Shown one piece after another: positions 41,941-51,524 of a DNA stretch of 64,000 bases. Within the stretch, counting starts at the first letter, position 1. Each line of letters opens with the position of its first letter. The notes under the pieces were generated by a model, which was not told where the DNA came from, made no database searches, and saw only the letters and a list, made by a program, of their open reading frames with translations. The stretch lies in the NCBI GenBank assembly GCA_965112155.1, contig OZ218098.1. One strand, written 5' to 3'. This DNA comes from Podarcis liolepis. Its lineage: Eukaryota. Position numbers and translations under genes: made by a program.

Positions 41941-44569
41941 CTTGGTAATCTTGTCGAAACCCTCCAGGAAATCTACAGCTCTGGCCGGCCTCAGGATTTT
42001 CGACAGGGCAAGGTATCCTCTCTTGAAGCCTCAACCAGATCTCCTATTGGAGAGAGCACTTATAAGTAATCTGAGAACTCTTTCCGCCCACGCTGTCCCG
42101 CATACAGATGCACTCCCTCTCTTAATTCCACTCATGCCAAGATAATACCACTCCTAGGCCATATAGCTTGACAAATAAAAGAACCACAACTGTACAAGGC
42201 CAGGACTTTTGTTATTCCCTTACCCCTCCCTTGCTTGATCTGATGCTAATTGATCTGATTAGCATGTGTTAATAGCAAAGCCAACCCAATCATCAGTCAT
42301 GTCTGGAACCCTGCTTGTGGCCTTTGCATTTTTTGCATTAAGCTATGTTGACTTCTTAAGGTTAAAAGAGGTTTTAAGGCCACTATTGTGGCTGAGAGGT
42401 CTGTCCGTCCCCCCCTCATTCCTTTGAAGGATTGCTCAAATCCCCATTTAGATTAAGGAAATTAACTATTTAATTGGATATTTAACCCCCACCCCTGTTC
42501 CAATGGGACCCAGGCAGACTTAATGTTTCTTTATTCTATCCAATAAATTAGCTTATACAGCCTTTGCAAGATCATGCTCATAATGAGGCTGTATCTCTGA
42601 AACAAAAGCTTGTTGGGATAGGAGGACGTGTGCCAAGAGTAATATCAGATGCTGGGCCCGCCTTCCCTCAATGAATCCCCACTGGCATTCTTAATAGACC
42701 CTGCATGCTTGCTTGCATTTTCCTGAACAAAACTAGCAGTGAATCTGCTGACAGTTAAATTCCCTCTGCCTGCATTTTCTAGTAAGGCTGTTACAGATAA
42801 GAGCAGCCTGGGTCTGAGCAGATTTCTCAGTGCCCCAATTCCTCCCAGTTGAAAATGGGCATAATAGGCAAGTAAATGAATGGCAGGTTTCTCCATCTGC
42901 AAAGATTCTAAAACCTCAAGGGGAACGTTTTTGCTGAAATGAATGGGAGCTGTGCAAGAGCTTAGCAGTGCCCAGTGGACTGAGCCCTAAGACAGAGCTA
43001 ATGCTCCAACATGGCAAGAGGGTATTACTTAAATTAGGAAGGGGTAGGGCACAACCCTGCATTACATGACCTCCTTCCTATGACACCCTACAGCATAGTG
43101 ACAACTGGCAACCGCATCACTCTGCAATACAGATTACAACTGGGCAAGAAGAATCTATTGGGAGACAAAAAAGCAAGCAAAAAACAACAACCACCCCCCC
43201 TCCCTGCCTGACACGCTGAGTGCTGGCTATTCTTAGCTTTTCTTCTGAGTATTCAGAAAAACACATTAGGGAAGGAGGAAATTATAGCTCAATAGCATGC
43301 GTAAGGGTGCCAGGCTCAGTTTCTGACATCTTCAGTTAAAAGATCATGAGCAGAATAGATCTGATGGCAGCAGACCTGTATGCTTAAATGTGGCTCTACC
43401 CCCAACCACATGGAAGAAGGAAGGGGTTGTTTTTTAGGGACAAATACATGGCAACCCGGTGTTCACAGCTTACCTGTCCACAGTTTCTGTGATGGTTCTC
43501 TCCTTCTCAGCTAAACTCCAATAGCAAGAGTGTGCTCAGCTGAGAAAAGTGCTTGAAGAGTAAGGACTACAGGGACATAAGCTACAAGCAAGGGGAGGAT
43601 TCTGTACCCATTTTGCTGTTAGAAACAGACCATTCACTCCCTCTTTCTGCAGTTCTGTCTTGAGGGGGTTGAGTGGAGAGATCTATCTCTAAATGCACAG
43701 AGCTGCCAGAGCTAGTTTGAACCTTAGCCTTAGAGGGCCTCTACCACTCAGAATACACAGTTCTGTCCTCTAGATGGACCAGTTGACTCAACTCGGCATA
43801 ACACTGCTTCATCCATTTGCAGCAATACAACAAGTTGTGTAGAGGATGACTTCTTTTGTCTAGTCTTTCCAGATGCCCAGGTCTTGACTCCTGGATTATC
43901 CGCCAACACCCTCAGACCAAGAAAAAATAGAGAATTACATATGCTTACATACACACTTCCCAACCCCGTAATTTATGCTTCATGGTGAAATTGATGCAAT
44001 TGTGGTGCGGGGGGGGGTGAGGGAGGCAGCTAGGAGCAGGGGCGCCGACTTATAAAAAATATTGGGGGGGCCCATACCGGGGTCCTGCCGCTGGTTCGCT
44101 CGGGTAGCCGGGAGAACGCAGTTCGAGGTGGCGGTGTTGGGGAGAGACCCTCGCTCAGGGCGCCACTAGACTTGGCGGCCGGCGGCCTATCTGGGGGGTT
44201 TTGGAGTGTATTTCGGCGGAGCGATTGGGGAGGAGGGGGCTTGTTGTCGGATTCTTCAGCTGAGCCGGAGATCCGCTGCTGGGGGTCCCTGGGCCGAGTT
44301 GTGAGCACGGCCTGCTGAAGGGAGATCCAGCCGATTGCGCGACGGGGACGGCCGGGGCTCTCCGGCTAGGGCGCGCGGCTGGCTGGCTGGCGAGGGAGCA
44401 GGTGGGGAGGAGGCGGGGGTCCTCACTCTCTTAGGAAACACTCCCGCGCGCCCGATTGCCACGAAGTCCGAAGGGTGCGTGTGTGGAATTAAAAAGCAAA
44501 AACGAGATACGGGCAGGGCAGGCAAAGAGTTTTCTGCAAGAGGATGGAGGGCAGGTTGAAGAGAAAATC

Positions 44570-45582
44570 ACTCAGGATGAGACAGTCAAATCAGCCATGA
44601 TAAAATGGGCTCAGGATATTGGGTATAACATCATGTTTGAGGACTGGGAAAGGTTATGGACCACCGGAATGAAATTCACGGCATGTAATGCCTTGAAGGA
44701 AAATATTATGAAAATGATTTATAGGTGGTACATGACCCCAGTCAAGCTTGCAAAAATATATCACCTGTCTGATAATAAATGTTGGAAATGTAAGGAGGCT
44801 GAAGGGACATTCTTTCACCTCTGGTGGACTTGTCCAAAAGTGAAGGCCTTCTGGGAAATGATCTATAATGAGTTAAAAAAGGTATTTAAGTATACCTTTC
44901 CCAAGAAACCAGAGGCCTTCCTCTTGGGCATTGTTGGCCAGAAAGTGTTAAAGAAGGATAGAACTTTCTTTATGTATGCAACTACAGCAGCAAGAATACT
45001 TATCGCAAAATATTGGAAGACACAAGATTTGCCCACACTGGAAGAGTGGCAGACGCAATTGATGGACTACATGGAACTGGCTGAAATGACTGGCAGAATC
45101 CGAGATTTGGGAGAAGAAACAACGGAAGAGGACTGGAAAAAATTTAAGGACTATTTACAAAAACAATATAAGTTGTATGAATGTTAAAAATTTACACGAT
45201 TCGGAAACTATAGCTTCAGCAATTAGATTTGGGAAACAGGAAATTATATTTTAAGTAAGAAAAGGTCAAAATCTAAGGTAATACTATGTTTAATTTAAGA
45301 TATAAGTAACTGATGAAAAGTATGTTAAATTTAGAGGTATAGTATTTGAAAAGTACAAAATAAGGTACGAAACAAGGTAATAATTTGCTGATATCTTTAT
45401 TATAAAGAATGCAGGGTAAGGGAGATGCGAGGAAGTCCAGTTAGTTATATAAAAAATGTGTTGAATGGTTGGTTTTCTTTTCTTCTTTTTCTTTTTTTCT
45501 TTTTCTTGTTCTTTTACTTTTTTCTTCAGTGTATGTTTCTAACTTTGTATTTGAAAACTTAATAAAATATTTATAAAAAAAA
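44570..45582 (+). mobile_element. 5'-truncated L1-clade LINE nested in element A
   Basis: Open ORF2 C-terminus with zinc knuckle CWKC-x7-H-x4-C, stop at 45187; AT-rich 3'UTR; AATAAA at 45561; A8 tail; 12-bp TSD GAAGAGAAAATC at 44558-44569 and 45583-45594. Confidence 0.92.
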
Positions 45583-46036
45583 GAAGAGAAAATCCTTTCG
45601 CTTTTCTGGGGCGCAGGGAAGTCTCAGAGCCGGAGGTTGGGGAAGGGACCGCCTTTGCTCTGCCCTCTTCTCCCGTCTTAGATTCGCATGGGGGTCCCCG
45701 CCCGAGCTTGCCTGGCCACCGGGCCACACAAGGGCCGCGCTCTACGCGGCGCACCTTGCTAGCCGCGCAGCTGTCCTCCGCGGCTGCGGAGCGGCCCTGC
45801 GCCGGTGCCCAGCCCCTCTGGGCGCCCGCTGCGCTGCCAATGACAAGCGGGCGACGTCGCAGGCGGGGAAGGCGTCGCTTTCTTTCCCGATCCTTCATCC
45901 TCCCAGTCTTCCAGCCCTTTTTTGGGTTGGAAGCTCGTCTCGTTCGCCCTTCTCCTTTCTTCACCCTGCGCGCAATTTTCCTCCCTCGTCTCCCTCCCCA
46001 TTTCTCCTTCCTTCCTTCCTGACTGACTGACTGACG

Positions 46037-46108
46037 GGCTTGGGCTCGGGCTCGGGCTTTGGCTCGGGCTTTGGCTTTGGCTCGGGCTCAGGCTTAGGCT
46101 CGGGCTCA
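46037..46108 (+). repeat. 12 x GGCTYN hexamer repeat, in frame (Gly-Ser/Phe/Leu)n with the TAL1 fragment
   Basis: Units read directly: GGCTCG, GGCTTT, GGCTCA, GGCTTA, GGCTTG. Confidence 0.9.
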
Positions 46109-46312
46109 GGCAGCCACAGCGTCGGCGGTATTGGCGATCGGCGGCGCGGGGGGATGGCCCTCCCGGGGGAGCCGGCGCTGCTCAATGGGGTTGCCAAGGA
46201 GACAGGCCGGCCGCCCCCCTCCCCCGGCCCGGCGCCCCCCGCCGCGCCGGTGCCCGTTATCGAGCTGGTGCGCGCCGGGCGCCCTATAAAAGCCGCGGAC
46301 GCGCCCACCGCC
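46037..46312 (+). pseudogene. TAL1: Captured TAL1/SCL N-terminal coding fragment (no bHLH domain)
   Basis: RRRGGMALPGEPALLNGVAKETGRPPPSPGPAPPAAPVPVIELVR matches recalled human LLNGVAKET...PVIEL and chicken RGGMEPPAEPQLLLNGAAKEAGRPSPGPPAAAVPVIELVR; cut off by the transposon right end. Confidence 0.85.
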
Positions 46313-48247
46313 GCCCGAGATTATTGGGGGGGCTGAGCCCCCCCAAACGAATTTTTGAGGGGGCTCGGGCCCCCTCAGGCCCCATGGAGTCGGCGCCTAT
46401 GGCTAGGAGTAACCAGAGCTCATGTGCACCTGTGCTAATCTTGTTTCGTTCATTCTGATTTAATATCCCAGTTGAGGGGTGATGTCATGTCACAAAGAGC
46501 CACAGAGGAAGTGGTGTTGCAAAGTGCATTTAACTCCTCACATCCCGAATGGACAAGACTTGGTGATTTTTTTTAAAAAAAAAAATTCTAGTATTTATCT
46601 GGCAGCAGAAATAGTGTTGTTCACAAATATTATTAGTGTTTAGGGATTGGGTTTTTTTTCTTGTTTAGTCAGTTGCCAGATTCTGCAGGGAAAGCAAAAA
46701 ATATACCCTGTGAAGCATTAGATCAGAAGGCTGTCTCAAGGAAGATGCTTGCGTGGACTGTATGGTCAGGGTTTACCTTCTGATAAGAGTAGCCAGGAAC
46801 AGTATTTTACGTAAAAGGTGGCTTTTCAATTGTGCCTGCCACAGGGGTGGAAAACACAAGTCCTTTGTAAAACAATTTTTTGTCAAACTGTATTATAAAT
46901 TGGTGCTTAAGCAAATATTTCCTCCTACTGAACCTTTGTAGCTTTTTCCAATTTAGTTGTGTCAATCCAATATAAGATGTGCAATTTGGAAAGTAAACTT
47001 CACAGAATCTCGCTACTAAACATCAGTATTTCAGAAGAAGCCATTATCGCCGATATGTCCTTGCTGCTCAGTTTTGGGAAGCTGATCAGAACAAGAACAA
47101 GCCTGAAGCTCTAAGTTAGAACAAGATCTGTTTGATTCAGGTGCTGCTTGCTATGCCATGTTCTGCAACGTCTGGAAAAAAATAAATCACTGTGATCTGT
47201 TCAGAAATGAGATCCTACCATCTATCTCAGCCGCCCACCCAGTATATGGGCTCGCTTTCCTAATTAGTATTGTACACGGGGCCGCTTTATCGGCCATCCA
47301 CTGGGGCATGAAATAGAAAAGAGCTCTGTGTGCATGCGTGGGAGCCACAAAGAGAGAGGCAGACTACTGAAATGCAGCATGACTTTGACGTAGGTCTGTT
47401 TCAAGTACAAAGGCCTGCAGCTATGTATGCTGTGATTCAGCTGGAGATTACGGATGATGGACCGGGGGTGGGGGGTGGACAGGGATCTACCAGTAACAGA
47501 CCGGCGCAGTCAAAGGATCCTAGGAGTGATTTCCTAAGCCACTGATTTTCAGAGTGTTCCAGAGGGAACACTAGGGTGAGGATCCTCAATGAGAAGATCA
47601 CTCAGGGCTTTCCTGAAAGGCTGCTTTTACCCAATGTCACAATTCTTCCCTCTGAATAGGCGGCTTCAGCAAAGTCTTGGGTGTGTTTGAGGTCTGTAGT
47701 CTTCAATCTTAATAGATCCAGGTCCTATCTTTAAATGAAATGTACCTTGGGGGCATGTCCTGCTTCTTAATTATTATTTTTTAACATATACTTGTATGGT
47801 GGCAGTGCCGTTGGTGCAACCCAACTTAGTATCCTAGGTCACATTCTGATTTCACTCGGGGAGACCCAACACCTCCAGCCACTGCCCTGAAGGAACTGAG
47901 GGTGTGCTCTAGAAAATGCCCTAAATTTGTCTATAGCACACTGGGTTATCCCGGCAGCCATAGCAAGGCTTCCTTGGCAGAGAGGTCAACACAGAAAATG
48001 TACCAAAAGGTAGGCAATTTGAAGAAACACTGCTCTGGGCAATGCTTTTCCCTCAGTCACTTCTAAACCTATAACAACACCACTGGCAACTGCCTGTTCT
48101 CAGATGACAAGCGTTGCTCACATGTGGCTGCTAAAGATCCCAGGGGGGCTATTTATAAAAGAGGAGTAAAATTAGCCCATAGCATCCTGGCCAAATTCCA
48201 GTGCAGGTAATTTATTTCCTGTCTTCCTAGAATTACATGCATACACA

Positions 48248-48281
<34 letters not shown>

Positions 48282-49796
48282 TACTCCACCCCCACCCCCT
48301 GCAGATTCAATTTATTTTATTTAGCATGGTGTGTTTATCTGCTGCTCTCCCGTCACTAAGATACTTGGTTGCTTTGTAATCATTTAAAAATCTGCAGGCT
48401 GGAAGCAGCCTATGCTGCTTGCTCATGCAGCTGGGAGGTGACAGCCTACTAAAACATTAAAGGGTAATGTGAAAAATAGTTTATCCTGTTGGTGAGTTAT
48501 TGGGGATTGACAGTAGACAGCACATGTGAATCGGCTGGTGCCCCCCCCCCCAAAAAAAAACCAGTACTGAAAGAGATGCACAGTGATCGGAAGAGAAATG
48601 GTGAATGGTGAATCCACCCTCTGTTTACTATTATAGTAAAGGCTGAAAGAATGAAGCGATTAATGGATATGATAAATGAGCTGATTCATTAAACTCAGAT
48701 TTAAAATGTGGGGTTTTTATTGGAACGTGCAGCACACTCGATTTGGTGCTCAGTGCTGATGACAGCACTGTTGAAAGCATTGCATGTCTCAGGATTTTGG
48801 CAGTGCGTTTATTTCCCGAAGGGAAAACGATGCGATGTTGTTGGTTAGTCCACAGAATTGTTCGCCTTCATTTCAATATCCACAAAACAGCACACTTCTT
48901 TGAGTATGTTAATATTTATTTCAGCCAGTTGATTAGCTAACCTAGTAATAGGTGGAGAGCCCTAGCCCTTTGCAGAGAGACCACACACAATGCTTCATGC
49001 ACCAAGGGATGGGGGCAGACGTCAGGACTGCAACAAAGGAGTGAGCCAAGTGTGACAAGGGAGGCGGGTTTAAAAGCCTTTAAAAGCAGGGGTGGGAATG
49101 CTGATGATGGACTCCGGTACCATCAGCCCCAGCCAGTGTGACCAGTGGTCAGGAATGATGGGAGTTATAGTGCAACACCACCGGGAAGGGTCACAGGTTC
49201 TCTAACCTTTCATTAGATACCAGTGAAACGCCTGTCTTTGTAATAGGTAAGTGAGCAGGGAAGTTTATAGATTCTAGGGACTAATCATAAAAAGATGAAT
49301 TTTACACACCCAGACAATCTGTGTCGTCAGAGGTCCAGTGTTATCCCCAAGAGTGTTGCTTTATTTTTATTTTTGCTAATGAATAGAATTGTTGCCTTTC
49401 CCGTCCTCTAGAGCAGTGTTTCCCAACCTTTTTTGGGTAAAGGCACACTTGTTTCATGAAAAAAATCTCGAGGCACACCACCATTACAGCCCCGTGACAT
49501 TAGCAGCAGCGTCACGCCGGGAGGGACGCACGAAAATGTAAGATTCAATTTTTTCCCCTCCCCCTTGCCTTCCTTCTGTGCCAACCGCCAAAAACCCAAG
49601 AATCGCGGGACCGCTGGAGGAGGGGGGGAGGGCGAGCGGAGGCAGCGGCGAGCCCTGTTCCTCCCCATCCGCCCCATTCCGTGCAAGGAGCGCGAACAGG
49701 TGTGAGAAGGGGGTCAAACCTGCGGGTCGGCGCCGGGGAACCTCCAAGCTTTGGGGGTGGGGGGGGAGGAGGCAGCAAAGCGAGGCAGGAAGGAGT

Positions 49797-49916
49797 GCGC
49801 GGCTTGGCGAAGTACTCAGCGGTGAAGGCCAGCAGGTCCGGCGGCCGGTGCCGCAGCACCTCCACCGTGTAGCCCTGCAGCAGCTCAGTCAGACCCGGCG
49901 GGATCTCGATGCTCAT
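49797..49916 (-). pseudogene. PRKAR2A: Captured PKA type II regulatory subunit exon-1 fragment (dimerisation/docking domain), PRKAR2A-like
   Basis: aagATG at 49916; [40 protein letters not shown]; PPG, GY, PPD and EYF residues favour RII-alpha over RII-beta; similarity stops after ~40 codons. Confidence 0.88.
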
Positions 49917-50420
49917 CTTGTAGCCGAGGCGTGCGGGAGACTCAACGGACGGGCCCGGGAGAGAGAGAGAGAGAGACACGACGGAGAGAGAGCGGGAGTC
50001 CCTGCTCGCCGTCGCCACCGCTACAACTACTGTGGCGGTTGGTCTTGGTCGCTGCCGCCGCCGCCGCCCACCTCTATCTATCTCTCCCCCTCAGCTTTCT
50101 ACGCGGGCCTCGAGCCGGAGGTGGGGGGTGGCCGCTGCCGCTTTCTCCACCTCCACGTCCTGCCTCCTCCTCCTCGAGCCCTCCGTCAGCCCTGAGGGAA
50201 CCGCCACGCTCGCGCCGCCGCTCTCTGACACGCGAGAAAGAGAAAGGAACGGAGCGGCGGGGTAGTCGGGGGAAGGAGGGGCCGGAATGGAAGCGCGAGG
50301 CGAGCTGCGCATGCCCAGCAGGAAGCGGCGGAGAACGCCACAGAGAGAGAGAGAGAAGCAAGGGAGGGCGGGGAGTGGGCGGGAACACGCTTCATGCGTC
50401 ACAATAACGGACAAGAGGCG
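49917..50420 (-). promoter_or_regulatory. Captured CpG-island 5'UTR/promoter-like sequence upstream of the RII ATG
   Basis: Dense CpG; NRF1-like TGCGCATGCCCA 50306-50317; GGAAG ETS-like cores; tandem GC boxes at ~50364-50384; directly upstream of the ATG on the minus strand. Confidence 0.55.
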
Positions 50421-50908
50421 CTCGAGGGATAGATTAGGACCTAATTTGACTTTTACAAAAAAAATAAAAATCTTTCGAATTTTCCCCACGGCACACCAGG
50501 CAACATCTCGCGGCACACTAGTGTGCCGCAGAACAGTGGTTGGGAAACACTGCTCTAGAGGACAGAAGGGGACATGGCACCAGAAGCCCATCGTGTGTAA
50601 CCAAGGCAAACGGCGAAGGAGCTTGCTTTTATATGCATCTAGTATCTAATGCTCTTGTGGGAGCTTAGGGTCTTAATATGTAACATTATGCATTTATATT
50701 ATGCAAGAATAGAATATAAGATTTCTCTTCAGTGTGGAAGAATGGGGTTTAATTGTCCTCTTTACCACAGGGTCATTATTTGACTTTGGGACTTTGCATC
50801 CAGTTCTCTGATTCAGTTTCCTATCTGCAGAATTTTCATAAAAATCAGTTTGTGGGGAAATAGGGATAGTTGATCAGTAACCTTATTCCCTCCACTCTCT
50901 TTCTCCAG

Positions 50909-51075
50909 GGGGCTTTGCCACCTTCTCATCTTGCTTCCCAGGACTCTGCGAAGGGAAACCTACTGCGATCCTGCCAATGAGCATCTCCCAGCCGTGCATG
51001 CCAGTGGCCAATGTTGGCCCAACTCGCATCTTGCCTCATCTCTACCTAGGCTCCCAGAAAGATGTCTTAAATAAG
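50909..51075 (+). CDS. DUSP8: DUSP8 coding exon (linker and start of phosphatase domain)
   Basis: ttctccag acceptor, aag|gtacat donor; 167 bp; phase fits the previous exon; (G)GFATFSSCFPGLCEGKPTAILPMSISQPCMPVANVGPTRILPHLYLGSQKDVLNK. Confidence 0.96.
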
Positions 51076-51199
51076 GTACATCATGTAAAGAAGAAGAAGA
51101 AGTAGTGGGGAGGGGAGGGAGAGGTAGCTTGCCTTAAAGAAACCCTTCCCCTTAAGACTTGGGAGAGCAGGTGGGTCACCTGTGTGGGAAACTGTATAT

Positions 51200-51524
51200 C
51201 ATGGGTAGGCAAACTAATGTCTGGGGGCTGGATCCAGCCCAATCGCCTTCTCAATCCGGCCCGCAGATGGTCTGGGAATCAGCGTGTTTTTACATGAGTA
51301 GAATGTGTCCTTTTACTTAAAATGCATCTCTGGGTTATTTGTGGGGCCTGCCTGGTGTTTTTACATGAGTTTTTACATGTGTGCTTTTATTTAAATCGCA
51401 TCTCTGGGTTATTTGTGGGGCATAGGAATTCGTCCATTATTTTTTTTCAATATATAGTCCGGCCCCCCACAATGTCTGGGGGACAGTGGACCGGCCCCCC
51501 ACTGAAAAAGTTTGCTGACCCCTG
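51200..51524 (+). mobile_element. hAT MITE (CATGGGTAGGCAAAC family)
   Basis: TSD CTGTATAT / CTCTATAT; ends CATGGGTAGGCAAACT / AGTTTGCTGACCCCTG; internal duplication. Confidence 0.88.

Larger units (their letters stand above)
44037..46401. mobile_element. Non-autonomous hAT-type element with captured host cargo (Pack-hAT A, TAL1 cargo)
   Basis: 8-bp TSD GCTAGGAG at 44029-44036 and 46402-46409; TIR CAGGGGCGCCGACT versus reverse complement of right end CATAGGCGCCGACT (12/14); no transposase ORF; CpG-rich interior. Confidence 0.9.
49414..50552. mobile_element. Non-autonomous hAT (Charlie/Buster-like) element with captured host cargo (Pack-hAT B, PRKAR2A cargo)
   Basis: Perfect 15-bp TIR CAGTGTTTCCCAACC; 8-bp TSD CTCTAGAG at 49406-49413 and 50553-50560 with central TA; repeated subterminal GGCACAC motifs; no transposase. 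Confidence 0.93.

Noticed and set aside
44456-45187. 243-aa ORF as a novel cargo-L1 fusion gene
   Set aside because: Starts at a TTG; the first ~38 codons are chance read-through of cargo across the L1 TSD and the rest is a truncated L1 ORF2 end
46282-46295. TATA-like CCCTATAAAAG in element A
   Set aside because: Falls in the TAL1-like reading frame (P-I-K-A); better explained as coding sequence
49797-49916. Genuine nested PRKAR2A gene or processed retrocopy
   Set aside because: No further RII exons recognised in the window, no spliced downstream sequence or poly(A), and the fragment is enclosed by TIRs and an 8-bp TSD
49408-50649. Many overlapping Arg/Pro/Gly-rich ORFs in element B
   Set aside because: Stop-codon depletion in very GC-rich DNA; only the RII frame has recognisable homology
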